Positions 12,704 through 25,370 of a stretch of 64,000 nt of DNA are shown in pieces. Source of the DNA: Chiloscyllium plagiosum (Eukaryota); NCBI RefSeq assembly GCF_004010195.1, contig NC_057729.1:56814792-56878791 (forward strand). Direction: 5' to 3'. The notes beneath the pieces are model-generated. The model made no database searches, had not been told where the DNA came from, and was given only the letters and a program-made list of their open reading frames with translations. The translations under genes and the position numbers were made by a program. How positions within the stretch are numbered: the first letter of the stretch is position 1; every line of letters begins with the position of its first letter.

Positions 12704-12911
12704 AGGCGGAAGTGGGTACTGCAGATGCTGGAGTCACGATTAGAATAGTACTGGAAAAGCACAGCAGGTCAGGCAGCATCCGAGGAGCAGGAACATCGAC
12801 GTTTCGGGCAAAAGCCTCATTCCTGATGAAGGGCTTTTGCCCAAAACGTTGATTTTCCTGCTCCTCGGATGCTGCCTGACCTGCTGTGCTTTTCTAGCAC
12901 CATTCTAGTCC
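12704..12911. mobile_element. Penelope-like inverted-terminus insertion with hammerhead motif (family B)
   Basis: About 78-bp inverted arms (about 12739-12816 and 12832-12910); 13-bp TSD ATACTACACACCT (12691-12703, 12912-12924); core CTGATGAAGGGCTTTTGCCC(A)AAACGTT. Confidence 0.85.
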
Positions 12912-13311
12912 ATACTACACACCTCCCAATAGCCAGCCAGAGATAGAGGAATAGATTTATAATAGATCATGGAAAGATATAAAACAACACAGTTGTTGTA
13001 GTGGGTGATTTTAACTTCCACCAACGTTGACTTGGACTCCATTAGTGCCAGGGGATTAGATGGGGCAGAATTTGTTAGATGCATCCAGGAGGATTTCTGG
13101 AATCAATATGTAGATAGTCTAACTAGGGAAGGACCATGCTAGACATTGTATTGGGGAATGATCCTGTCCAGGTGATTGTAGTTTAGCAGAGAAGCATTTT
13201 GGGAACAGTGATCGTAATTCCATAAATTGTAAGAGAGTTATGGATAAGGATAAGATTGGTCCTTGGGTGAAACTGCTAAACGAGGGGACAGCAAATTACA
13301 ACAGTATTAGG

Positions 13312-13649
13312 GGGGCAGCACGGTGGCTCAGTGGTTAGCACTGCTGCCTCACAGCACCAGGGTCCCAGGTTCGATTCCAGCCTTGGTCGACTGTCTGTGT
13401 GGAGTTTGCACATTCTCCCCGTGTCTGCCTGGGTTCCCCTCTGGGAGCTCTGAGTTCCTCCCATAGTCCAAAGATGTGCAGATCAGGTGAATTGTCCGTG
13501 CTAAATTGCCCATAGTGTTAGGTGCATTAGCGAGAGGGAAATGGGTCTGGGTGGGTTACTCTTCGGAGGGTCGGTGTGGACTAGTTGGGCCGAAGGGCCT
13601 GTTTCCACACTGTAGGGAACCTAATCTAATGTTAAGAAAAAAAAAGAAA
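13312..13649 (+). mobile_element. HE1/V-SINE-type tRNA-derived SINE
   Basis: A box TGGCTCAGTGG, B box GGTTCGATTCC, V domain and CR1-like tail; 14-bp TSD ACAACAGTATTAGG (13298-13311, 13650-13663). Confidence 0.9.
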
Positions 13650-14112
13650 ACAACAGTATTAGGCAGGAACCGGAGAAGTTAGATTAGGGGCAGCTGCTTG
13701 AGGTTAAATCCACATCTGACATGTGAGAGTCTTTTAAAGGCTAGTTGATCAGAGTTCAGGACCAACGTGTTCCTGTGGGGGTGACAGATAAGGATGGTAA
13801 TATTTGGGAATCCCAGATGATAAGAGATATTGAAAGTTTAGGAAAAAAAAGTATTTGTAAAGTTTAAGAAACTGAAATCAAACAAGGTGCTTGAGGAGTA
13901 TAAAGGAAGCAGAGAAGAACTTAAATACGGAATGATGAGGGCATAAAGGGGGCATAAAATATTCCTGGCAATAGAATTCAGGAGATTCCCAAGGCATTTT
14001 ATATGTATTTAAGGGGGAATATAGTCGCTAGTGAAAGGGCAGGTATACTCAAGGAGAAAGGAGAGAATTTATGTGTGGGACTAGTACAATAGGTGAGGTG
14101 CTTAATGAGTAG

Positions 14113-14845
14113 TTAGAGTCATAGAAGTGTACAGCACAGAAATAGACCCTTTGGTCTAACTCGTTCATGCTGACCAGCTATCTTGGATAAATCTAGTCCT
14201 ATTTGCCAGGATTTGGCCATTTCCTTCTAAATCCCTCCTATTCATATACCTATCCAGATGCCTTTTAAATGTTGTAGTTGTACCAAACTCCACCACTTCC
14301 TCTGGCAGCTCATTCCATACGCACAGTACCCTCTGCGTGAAAAAGTTGCCTCTTAGGTCCCTTTTAAATTTTTCCCTTCTCACCTTAAACTTATGTCATC
14401 TAGTTTTGGACTCCTCCACCCCAAGGTCTATTTATCCTATCCATGCCCCTCATGATTTTATAAACCTCTATAAGGTCACCCCTCAGCCTCCAATGCTCCA
14501 GAGAAAATAGCCACAGCCTATTCAGCCTTTCCCTATACCTCAAACCCTCCAACCCTAGCAACATCCTTGTAATTCTTTTCTGAATCCTTTCAAATTTCAC
14601 AACATTCTTTCATGAGTAAGGAGACCAGAATTACATACGGTATTCTAAACGTGGCCTAACCAATGTCCTATACAGCCACAACATGACCTCCCAACTCCTG
14701 TACTCAATGCACTGACCAATAAAGACAGGCTTACCAAATGCCGCCTTCACTATCCTGTCTACTTGAGACTCCACTTTCAAGGAACTATGAACCTGCACTC
14801 CAAGGTTTCTTTATTCAGCAATAATCCCGAGGACCTTACCATTAA
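14113..14845 (-). mobile_element. CR1 LINE 3' end
   Basis: ERIQKRITRM...[25 protein letters not shown] and NFFTQRVLCVWNELPEEVVE; CTATGACT tail. Confidence 0.9.
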
Positions 14846-15304
14846 TCCAAGATCGAGGATAGGAAAAATTTGTGGCTGTTAGAGCTGCTCCTTTTTGAAG
14901 TGTTTTCAGTGCAGGAGCTGATTTCTTGAATTCTAAGAGCAGTAATTATTGTTTTCTAAGCTGTTGCATTGTTTTGGAACTTTGGGGGAAATAAACAAAA
15001 AAAAATGGCACTTTAAAAAGGAGAAAGTGAGACAAAGGGAAATAATTCAAACTTCTCATCAGTATTCACCAAGGAGAAGGACATGGGTGATGGTAAAGTT
15101 AGGAAGTAGCATGTTGATTTTTTGGGGCATGCGGATATTAAGAAGGAGGTGTAGTGTTGGGCTTAAAATTGATGTCTTCACCCAGACCATTAAGGGTTAA
15201 TTGTTAACTTTAATTGCTCATGGCAATGAACAATTGAAGCAAAGCGGAAAAATACATGAAAATAGGCCTAGTCAGAAAAAAGACATACTTGTTGTAGCTG
15301 GGAG

Positions 15305-15455
15305 GTGGAGTTGAAAAATGTGGTGCTGGAAAAACACAGCAGGCCAGGCAGCATCCGAGGAGCAGGAGAATCGACGTTTCGGGCATAAACCCTTCTTCAG
15401 GAATGAGGCTGGTGTGCCAAGCGGGCTGAGATAAAAGGTAGGGGGGGAGGGAATT
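15305..15455 (-). mobile_element. Penelope-like terminus with intact minimal hammerhead core (family B)
   Basis: Minus strand from 15400 down to 15373: CTGAAGA-A-GGGT-TTAT-GCCC-GAAA-CG-TC. Confidence 0.75.
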
Positions 15456-15619
15456 AATTGTTACTTGGATAAATGTGAGCTAATTATGGTGAGCCAACAG
15501 GTTTCTAGAGGGAAACTTATGTATGCTCAGTTTGCTCATTTTTATTTTGAGGAGATGGTTACAGTTGACTAGGGTAATGCTGATGATGTGACCTACGTGG
15601 CTTTCCAAAAGGTATTATT

Positions 15620-15791
15620 GAGTCACAGAGGTGTACAGCATGGAAACAGACCCTTCGACCCTTTAGTCCATGCCGACCAGATATCCCAACCCAATCTAGT
15701 CCCATCTGCCAGTACCCAGCCCATATCCCTCCAAACCCTTCCTATTCATATACCCATCCAAATGCCTCTTAAATGTTACAATTGTACCAGC
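15620..15791 (-). mobile_element. CR1 3' end, cut by an assembly gap
   Basis: Same 3'UTR as 14113-14280 and 29727-29900. Confidence 0.85.
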
Positions 15792-15840
15792 NNNNNNNNN
15801 NNNNNNNNNNNNNNNNNNNNNNNNNNNNNNNNNNNNNNNN
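15792..15840. other. Assembly gap (49 N)
   Basis: Run of N. Confidence 1.
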
Positions 15841-16380
15841 GTCACGGAGGGAGTGGTCTCTCCTGAATGCTGATAGGGGTGGAGAGGGAAATATATCCCT
15901 GGTGGTGGGGTCTGTCTGGAGGTGGCGGAAATGACGGAGGATGATACAATGTATCCGGGGGTTGGTGGGGTGGAAGGTGAGGACTAGTGGGGTTCTGTCC
16001 TGGTGGCGATTGGAGGGGCGGGATTCAAGGGCGGAGGTGCAGGAAATGGAGGAGATGTGGTGGAGAGCGTCATCGACCACGTCAGAGGGGAAATTGCGGT
16101 CTTTGAAGAAGGAGGCCATTTGAGTTGTCCGGTAGAGGAGAGGAAAGAGATGTGGCTGTAGTAGCGAGTTTGTCTCAGGACGTGGCTGAAGAGCTTCAGG
16201 GCAGAGGAGATGACTTGGGGGGTGTAGTGAGAGAAGGACTCACTGAAATCCTTGTAGAGGGAGGAGGAGAGCTTCTTCAAGTTCGGCATCCTTGCAATGG
16301 CTGAAGAGCTTCAGGGCAGAGGAGATGACCTGGGGAGTGCAGAGAGAGAGGGACTCACTGAGATCCTTGTAGATGGGAGG
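15841..16380 (-). mobile_element. Penelope-like element fragment with internal deletion and short duplication
   Basis: MASFFKDRNFPSDVVDDAL...RTPLVLTFHP...LSAFRRDHSLRD (RT-to-GIY linker) abuts the N-terminal-type segment LYKDFSESFSHYTPQVISSALKLF; about 80 bp duplicated (16184-16263 and 16299-16380). Confidence 0.8.
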
Positions 16381-16879
16381 TAGCTGTATAACCATGATTG
16401 TCTGTGGAAACCATGTTTTTAGTTAACATAGAGCTATCTGGAGATGTTTTCAACTTATTTTCTGCACAGTGGGATGTCTGGAAAAGTACTGCAAGCATTA
16501 TCGAATGGAGATTCAGCACATAATCTTAGATTAAGAATAGTATTAATATCGGGGAAATTTTGACATACTCTTCGGACTTTACACCATTGGGCTGAGGTTC
16601 ATGAGACCGGTGCCATGGAACCTGAGCTGGAGTTCCAAGTGCCACTATTACCAACATCCCTGATGGTCAGAAGCTAGTATGTGACTCACTTGTCAATGTA
16701 TATATGTATACTGTATAGTTTAAGCTAATAGATTCACTCATTTGTTTGCATATGTCTCTAATATTTATTAAGTAGATTAGGTGAATGAATCTGCTTCATA
16801 TCAAATGCACATGTCTTCTTGTAATTATTTGGGCAGACCTTAAAGAACCTGTTAGGTGCTTTGAGCTTAATAATACAGG

Positions 16880-18435
16880 AGGAAGTGTTGGTGTCTTGAA
16901 AAACATTGAGGTAGATAAGTCTCCAGGGCCTGATGGGATCTATTCCAGGATACTGATGGAGGCAAGGGGGGAGATTACTGGGGTCTTGACAGAATCTTTA
17001 GCCACAACCAAGGCTCCAGAACATTGCAAATAGCCAATGTTGTTCCTTTGTTTAAGTAGGTCAATGGGGATAATCCAGGAAATTATAGGTCTGCAAGCAT
17101 TACATCAGTGGTAGGGAAATTACTGGAGAAGATTTTTTAGACACAGGATTTACTTGCATTTGGAGAAGAATGGACTAATTAGGGACAGTCAGTATGACGT
17201 TATTCACAGGAGGTCTCACAAGCATGAGTTTTTTGAGGAAGTAACAAAGATGATTGATGATGGTAGGGCAGAGGGTGTTGTCTAAAGCATTTGACAAGGT
17301 TTCCTTATGGAAGGCTGGTCCAGAAGATTAAGTGACATGGGATCCATGGGAAGTTGACAAGCTGTATATAAAATTGTCTTGTTCATTGAAGCTAGAAGGT
17401 ATTTGTGGAGAGGTGTCTTTCTGACTGGAGGTCTGTAACTGGTGGTGTTTGGCAAGCATTAATGTTGGGACCTGTATTGTTTGTAATATATATAAAAATG
17501 ATATGGATGAAAGCATAGGTGATCTTGTTAGTAAATTTATAGGCAGCATAAAAATTAGCGGAGTTGTGGATAAGAGGAAGGTTATTAAAGGATGCAGCAG
17601 GATATAGATCAGCTGGAAAGTTGGGCAGAGAAATGGCAGGTGGAGATTAATCTGGACAAGTGTGAGGTGATGCATTTTGGGTGGTCAATTACGAGAGGGA
17701 AATATACAGTAAATGGTCAGACCCTTAGCAGCATTAACATACATTGGGATCTTGGGGTGCAAGTCCATATCTCCCTGAAAGTGGCAGCATAAATGATTAA
17801 GGTGGCATCCTTGCCTTCATCAGTCGGGCCATTGAGCATAAAAGTTGACAAGTCATGTTGCGGCTATATAAATCTTTGGTTAGGTCACATTTGGAGGATT
17901 GTGTGCGGTTCTGATTGCCACACTATAGGAAGGATGTGGGAGCTTTGGAGGGGATGAAAAGCAGATTTACCAAGATTTTCCCTGGCTCAGAGTGTATTAG
18001 CTATCAGGAGAGGCTGGTCAAACTTGGATCTTTTTCGCTAGAGCGTCGAAGGCTGAGGGGTGACCTGATAGAAGTATATGAAATTATGAGCCGCATGGAT
18101 AGGGTGAGTAATCGAGGCATTATTCCTAGGGTGGAAATGTCAAATACTAGAGGCCAGAGGTTTAAGGAGAGAGGGGAAAGTTTAAGGGAGATGTGAGAGA
18201 CAAGTTTTGTTTCACAGAGGGTAGTAGGTCCCTAGAACGCAGTGCAAGGAGAGGTGGTAGAAGCAGATATGCTAGCAATGTTTAAGAGGCATTTAGATAG
18301 AACCTTGCATATGCAGAATAAATGGATACAGAGCATGTGCAGGCAGATGGGATCAGTTTGGAATGGCATCATGATTGGCACAGATATGGTGGGTCAAAGA
18401 GCCTATTCCTGTCCTGTATTGTTTTATATTCTATG
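16880..18435 (+). mobile_element. CR1 LINE ORF2 RT to 3' end, degenerate
   Basis: KSPGPDGIYSRIL, QQDIDQLESWAEKWQVEINLDKCEVMHFG and FSLERRRLRGDLIEVY; TTCTATG tail. Confidence 0.9.
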
Positions 18436-19244
18436 ATAATGTTTTGTCTATATATACTAATTTGCAATGTATTTGTTAACATAATTAGAAAAAGGGAAGG
18501 GAGATATTGCTATGCTGGAACTGAGTTGTCCGATTCTAACAGTGACCACCATCATCCTCCCTGCCAGATAACAGTGGAAAGCTTTCTCCTGATCCCCATT
18601 GGTTCCAGTTGTTGCCACACTCAGTCATATGTGCTGCTTTGATGTCGAGGGCAGACCCTGTCACCTCATCTCATGTTTGGATCTTTTATCCATGTTTGGA
18701 CCAGGGCTGTAATGAGATCTGGAGTGACCTTGGCAAAACCCTAACTGAGGATGTGTGAGCAGGTTACTGCTGAGGTATGTGCTGCTTGACAGCTCTATCA
18801 AGGCCACCTTCTATCATTTTGCTGATGAATGCTAATAGGGCAGTAATTGCACTGATTGGATTTACCCTGACATTTGGACAGGATATACTACTGTGGGGGG
18901 TTGCCCAGGGCTGTTGTCTTTTTCTATGGCCTTACCAGATATTTAATCTTATGGCAGAAGGATGCAATCAGGGACCCGTGCTGTGGTGAGGGGATGGGTG
19001 ATAGGGGCAAGGACCACCTACAGTTAGTAGGGAAGACCTCTGACGGGATCAACTTGTTAAGGGAAGAGTGCCTTTAAAGATCAGGAGGAGAGGTGTGGCC
19101 CAATGTAAAGGAGATCCAAGTTTTCACTGTAAGACTTGAGGGAATACACCAGCCTTCATGAGGGGAAAGCTGTCATTATCCCCACCAGTTAGAACTCCAG
19201 CTAAAGTTGCAATGGGGCACCGATCTGTGTGTTGAAAAGGGTGT

Positions 19245-19567
19245 CTGCTGTTCCTCTTTTTTTTCTAGCCCAGTTTGATATTGGGAGATGCAAATTAGCA
19301 GCAAAATTGAGAATGGAGCAGTAATTTTCCACATTTTAGTTTCTGTAGCACTGTTGTTTCTGAGTCAGAGGTTGTACATTCAAATTCTACTCCAAAGACT
19401 CTAGCACTGCTGTTCCTCTTTTTTTCTAGCCCAGTTTGATATTGGGAGATGCAAATTAGCAGCAAAATTGGGAATGGAGCAGTAATTTTCCACATTTTAG
19501 TTTCTGTAGCACTGTTGTTTCTGAGTCAGAGGTTGTACATTCAAATTCTACTCCAAAGACTCTAGCA
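19245..19567. repeat. Near-perfect tandem duplication, 2 x about 162 bp
   Basis: Copies 19245-19406 and 19407-19567 differ by one T in a run and one A/G. Confidence 0.95.
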
Positions 19568-20139
19568 CAGAATTCGGGCTGACCCTCCCAGTGCAGGGAG
19601 GGCTATATTTCCAACAGTGTCCGTGAATGCAGCAACAAGAGGTACAATGTTAGGATGACGTGCCTGAGATAAGGAGACATTTCTTCATTCACATTGAAAT
19701 ACATTAACCATGATAGCTGTAGGTGTTCAGTCAGTTTGAACAATCAAGACTGAGATCAATAGATCTTTAGAATCACGAGATGAGGAAGGAAATGGACATG
19801 AGACTAAGGATCACTCACAATCCACATGAATGGGCAGAAAAGACTCGAGGGACAATATAATAGACAGGCAGGAGGCTGGAAGAACACAGCAAACCAGGCT
19901 GCATTAGGAGGTGGAGAAGTTGACATTTTGGATGTAACCCTTCTTCAGGACTGCAACTTCAATTTCTTATGCTCCTCTGTCTTTCAGATAGAGGTGTACT
20001 AAGATCCTTAGGTGGACACAAAGATCCTTTGAATACTATATTCCCTCTGGATAATTATGAACGGGCAATAAATGCTGGCCTTGTCAGTGACACCCACGTC
20101 CCACAAATAAATAAAAAAATAAACAAAAACAACCATCAC

Positions 20140-20286
20140 ATTGCTGCCATGGGTGATCACTGTTTGAAAGTTGGCAATGGTGTTCCCTACATTATAACTG
20201 CGACTACACTTCAAAGTTCTTCATTGGCTTAAAAGATCCCAAAGTTGTGAAAGGCACTGTGTAGATGTACAAATCCTTCTTTCTTT
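20140..20286 (+). mobile_element. SacSINE1/Deu-SINE-like 3' tail
   Basis: CCTACATTATAACTGCGACTACACTTCAAAG...TTCATTGGCT...GTGAAAGGCACT; the matching head may be the segment at about 19500-19620. Confidence 0.55.
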
Positions 20287-22734
20287 AATTGCCACCCTAC
20301 CACCACCTCCACCCACACCCCAACTCCAAACAGTGTGGGAACATGTAAAACCAGGACCAGTGTCAATCACTGCCCCTAATTTTCAAATGTCACCAAACAG
20401 AAATTCCCTAATGATATCAGTGACAGCTGTGTGAGGAAAATTAATTCATTGGTTGCGTTGCCACCATTATAACTGGACAGTTTTAAAGAAAATGCAATCG
20501 ATATTTACTGCAAAATTACACAGGCTGTGAAACTTAACCTCCCAGATAACGTCACAAGTCATGCTGTATGTACTTTCTTCATCAGAATTTATTAAAGTAA
20601 TTTACAACCTTCTATAAATAGAATAATGCTATGAGGAGCTTGGCCTGACATTGAGATGTTGGATAAGAATTATTTTAGCTTTATGACCCTCACTTGGAAA
20701 TATATGACAGTTCCTCCATCATCAAAATGTTGGAAGTCCCTTATCTTCTGAGAGCCTTACAGATCACAGAAGTTCAGAAAGTTCGCTCACTATCTCCCTG
20801 AGGGGCAACTCAGGATGAATAGGAAATGGTGGCCTGGACAGCGACAGCCACACCTTGGGAATATTATTTTCTAAACCAGCGAAAGCAACTTAACCCACTT
20901 TTTTCCCCGCCCTCAGTGGATCCTTACTCAGGGGTGGTGTTGTTTAATAACAAACAGCTAATATTAATAATTGCAGTGAGCCAGGGTGGATATGAAATGC
21001 CCAATGGCTTCTTTCTGTGGTGCATCTTTTCTAATGTGGGAGAGGGACAATACCATGGAATTCAATGGATGGTTGACAAATGGCTGACAAATTAAAAAAA
21101 AAGATTTTTAAACACTTGTTCTGACATGTTATAACACAGAGCAAGTTGACCTTGAACACAGACCTCTGGTCCACAGATAAGAAAACTTTCACTGTGTCAC
21201 AAAAGCTCTTGGCTGTCCAATCCATTACTGCCGATTTTAATTAGCCAATTAGTCCCACTCTTCTCACTACTTTTCCACAGACCTGTAACTTTTTTTCCTT
21301 TTAAGTACTCTTTCCTTTGGAAGTTTACTTTTAGAATCTACTTTTGACCACCCTTGTAGGCAGCACACTCCAAATCACAATTCACTACATGAAAACATTC
21401 CACCTCATCTCCACCTCTGGTCCTTTTAACCATTTAATTTAAATCTCTGTCCTCTCTTTCCCAACCCTCCTGCTGCAGTTTCTCCCTACTTTACAACAAA
21501 TAAAATTAATTCTGAAAACATCTATTAAATGTGTCCTTAACATTCCCTGGACTGAGCTGAACAACCAGGATTCACAGTCTCTCCTCTGAACTGGATTTTG
21601 GATAAGATTCCCTGCACTCTCTCCAATGTCTTGACATCCCTGACACGCTTCAGTTCTGATCTAAATGCCTTTTACTAGATTTAGGTGGTTGTTAAATATT
21701 CCCGATAATTGTTTGAAAAGGTGTAGATAATATATTCACATTAGTCAAAAAGAATTAGAGCTGAAGCAGGCCATGTAGTCCTCCAGCCTGCTCCACCAGT
21801 CAATACAGCAGAGCTGATCAACCGTGCCAACTCCAGCTTCCTGAATTTTCTATGTTTTCCTTAGTATCTGAAAATCTACTCACCTCTACCTTGAATGTAC
21901 TCAATGAGTCTACTGTCAGAGCTTACTGATTCTCATTGGGTGTCATACGTACTGGGTGTTCCTGTCTGGCCATGACTACACCAGAGGATCAGGGAACAAT
22001 CATATAATTTGCATGAACGTGTCATGATAGGACCATAACTGGGAAAATTAAACCCTATCCTGCCCATGCTGAGCTTGGAAAACTAGCATAAATGTCGAGA
22101 GCCAGGACACTCTGTTTCAGTGCAGAAGCGACCTCAAAGATAGTGACTCTTATAGTGACTGGTGGCCACATTTGAAAAGGACTTAATTAGTTGGAAAATA
22201 TTTTGAGTCGTCCCATGAAAAGAAATACACAAATACACATATTTCTTTTGAACCACAAATATGAAAGCACAGTAGTCGAAGAGTGTGGTTGACTCTGATC
22301 TTCAGCAGCTGCAGTCCTCACTTTCTCTTAGATGATAGCACAGTAGTTATATTACTGGGCTAGTAATCCTGAGCCTTGGACTGATGGTCTGGAAATAGGA
22401 GTTCATATCTCAGCATGGCTGCCAGGGAATTTGAACTCAGCTATTCAAAAGTGAGGTAAGACTAACTACGCTTGACATTAGAACCACATTTGACAAGTAT
22501 GGAATCTAGGGTCCTAAGTAAAATTGGAGTCAGCTCTAAAGTTTCCAACAGGAATCAGAGGGAAGTCTCTCCACTGGTTGAATTCATACCTGGTGCAAAG
22601 GAAGATGGGCAAAGGAAGATGGTTGTGATTGTTGGAAGTCAGTGTTACAATACAGTGGTGAACCCTTCTGTACATTAATCCAAACACCCAGAAAAGCTCA
22701 CGTCGCCTCATAATTTGTTAAAGTATGAGTGACG

Positions 22735-23250
22735 AGAACCCTCCGGGCTTGCTGGGATAGCAGACATTAATTATGGAGCACATTCCTTTGGACTTTTTCA
22801 CAAACATGGTGCACCACACAACAGACAATTTTTATAAGACATGACAGCCCTACTTGAGTTATTTGGATATAGATTTATCAGTTATCTTAACTAGGGCATT
22901 TGTTTAACCAGGATGATTAGATTTGTCAAGCCCTGGGCCCTGAAGGGTGTCTCCCGAGTTAATATGGGTATGTATACAATGCTCCCGTTCCTATGTTTGG
23001 GAGCCTTGCGCCGAGCATAGCTGTTCTGTATTTTGTGGGGTTTTTTGGCTTTTCTTTTTTTTTGGTGTTGCTTTGCACAGTCTTAGGGTTTGCTTTGTAT
23101 TATAGAGTAGGTTAGTAGTTAGTAGATAGTAGTTGTATTGTAATTTGTGTTTTTTTTCTTTATATTGATATTTGTGATTGATCATTTTTTTCAATAATTT
23201 TATATGTTTGAAAAGTTAAAAAAAATTGCTAATAAATATATTTACAAAAA
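22735..23250 (+). mobile_element. L1-clade 3' end
   Basis: LIMEHIPLDFFTNMVHH...FYKT*QPYLSYL, then a T-rich 3'UTR, AATAAA and an A tail. Confidence 0.6.
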
Positions 23251-23490
23251 TAAATGAGTGACAGAGAACTCCCAACTTCCGCTACTTAAAGAAAATAATA
23301 TCAATTTATTCCTTTGCTCTAAAAGTGAACATTAACCAACTATTTACAACTCTAAACCTCCTTTCTCTTAAACGCTTGTTATCTGCCTCCAACTCAGTAA
23401 CAATATACTGTTCTCATAAAAACCTGTATTAAAATTATATGAACTTAATTTCAAAATCACATAGTAGCTGTCTCCTCAGTTGTCCTCCTT

Positions 23491-23806
23491 TTAGATTAGA
23501 TTAGATTACTTACAGTGTGGAAACAGGCCCTTTGGCTCAACAAGTCCACACCGACCCTCCGAAAAGCAACCCACCCAGACCCATTCCCCTATATTTACCC
23601 CTTCACCTAACACTATGGGCAATTTAGCATGGCCAATTCACCTAACCTGCACATTTTTGGACTGTGGGAGGAAACTGGAGCACCCAGAGGAAACTCACGC
23701 AGACACTGGGAGAATGTGCAAACTCCACACAGACCATTGCCTGAGGCGGGAACTGAACCCGGGTCTCTGGCGCTGTGAGGCAGCAATGCTAACCACTGTG
23801 CCATCG
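23491..23806 (-). mobile_element. HE1/V-SINE-type SINE
   Basis: Reverse complement of the 13312 family with a (TCTAA)n tail. Confidence 0.9.
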
Positions 23807-24233
23807 TGCTCCTTCTTTCAGCTGAAGATCTCCCTGGGTCATCCTCTGTCTTTACTGCAAAGATGTTTCATATAAGAAAGGTACTTTTGATAGAGTGAAG
23901 ATTGAATGGCAGTTTTTCTTGATGGCAGTTTGCTCTCTGTCTAACTTTCAAAATGTCTGCTTCTTTATACCCAAACATCGGATCAGCCTATTGGTTCACG
24001 GTTGGCAAAAACAATAAATTCAAACTTGATTGGGTTTTAGTATCCTGGGGCATAATTTAAACTGATTAGTTAGCTTCAAATGGTTGTCAAAACAACTCAG
24101 ATATCCATTTTCACAGCCAAATGTTAGATATTTTCAATTTTACAGTACATTCTGGGACTGCTAGCTAGTCATATGACAGGTTCTTGTAAGCTTTCAGTGC
24201 AAAACAGCATTCACTCTCTCTTAAAGGTACACA

Positions 24234-25370
24234 TTCAGACCACATTTGACAAGTATGGAATCTAGGATCCTAAGCAAAACTAGAGTTGGCTCCAATGTTT
24301 CCAATAGGAATCTGAAGCAAGTCTCTCTGCTGGTTGAAGTCATACCTAGTGCAAAGGAAGATGGTTGTGATTGTTGGAGATCAGTCATCTCAGCTCCATG
24401 AGTTCCTCAGGGTAGTTTCCTAGACCAGCCATCTTCAGCTGCTTTATCAATGTCCTTGCCTCTACCGTAAGGTCAGAAATGGATATGTTCATTAATGGTT
24501 ACACAATGTTCAGCAACCATCCACAACATTTTGGATAAGGAAATACTATGGTCAATATTCAAATATGATGATATTTGACAGTATAATAAATAATAATATC
24601 CCAGCTTGGCTGACAACTGACAAGTAACATTTGTGCCACATGCCTGCCAGGAAATGACCATTGTCAACAAGAGAGAATCTAAGAATTGCCCCTTGACATT
24701 CAATGGTGTTACCCCCACTATCAACATCTTTAGGGTTACCATTGACCAGAAACTCAACCGGACTCACTATATAAATGTAGTGGCTCCAAGAACAGGTCAG
24801 GTGCTAGGAATTCTGCAGTGAGCAACTCACCTCCTGACTCCCCAAAGCCTGTCCACAATTCGCAAGGCCACCACTGACACAGCGTGTACTATCTACAAGA
24901 TACACTGCAGAAATTCACCAAAGCTCCTTAGACAGCACCTTCCTAACCCATAATATGACAATGAGACTAAAAAACTGTCAATGGTGGAAATCTGAAACAA
25001 AAATGGAGAAATTCAGCAGATTTGCCAGCATCTTTTGAGAGAAAGCAGAGTCAACATTTCAGATCCAGTGACCCTTCTTTAGAACAGACCCATGACCACT
25101 CCCATCTAGAAGGTCAAAGACAGCAGGTACATAGAAATGCTACTATCTGCAAGCTCCCCTCCACGCTACTTGCTGTTCTTACCTGAAATTATATCACTGT
25201 TCCTTCATTGACACTGGGTCAAAATCTGAAACTTTCTCACAAGCAGCACTGTGAGTGTACTGACACCAAACAGACAACAGCAATTCAAGAAGGTAGCTAA
25301 CCAACACCTTCTCAAGGCAACAAGGGATGAACAGCCATTGATACCCATTTCCCATGAATAATCTTTAAAA
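24234..25370 (+). mobile_element. CR1/L2-group LINE RT 3' portion, with a Penelope-like terminus inserted at about 24975-25085
   Basis: VPQGS...FSCFIN..., degenerate FADD, VTIDQKLN and the 3' end TTCAAGAAGGTAGCT...CCTTCTCAAGG. Confidence 0.7.

Larger units (their letters stand above)
11370..14112 (+). mobile_element. CR1 LINE 5' part: ORF1 (Zn-finger/zipper, SGNH esterase-like) and ORF2 APE endonuclease, degenerate, with nested insertions
   Basis: DYVCRR..QLQLL, CLPGAQVKDVS, VMIHIGTSET and IQLNTWQRSWCRREGFRYLDH; then YFNARSI, VAITET, LYYTPPNS and VVVGDFNF. Confidence 0.85.
22643..24233 (-). mobile_element. Probable solo LTR (Gypsy-like) carrying nested L1-like and SINE insertions
   Basis: Bounded by TGT...ACA, non-coding, interrupts a LINE segment; minus-strand start GTGTACCTTTAAGAGAG. 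Confidence 0.5.
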
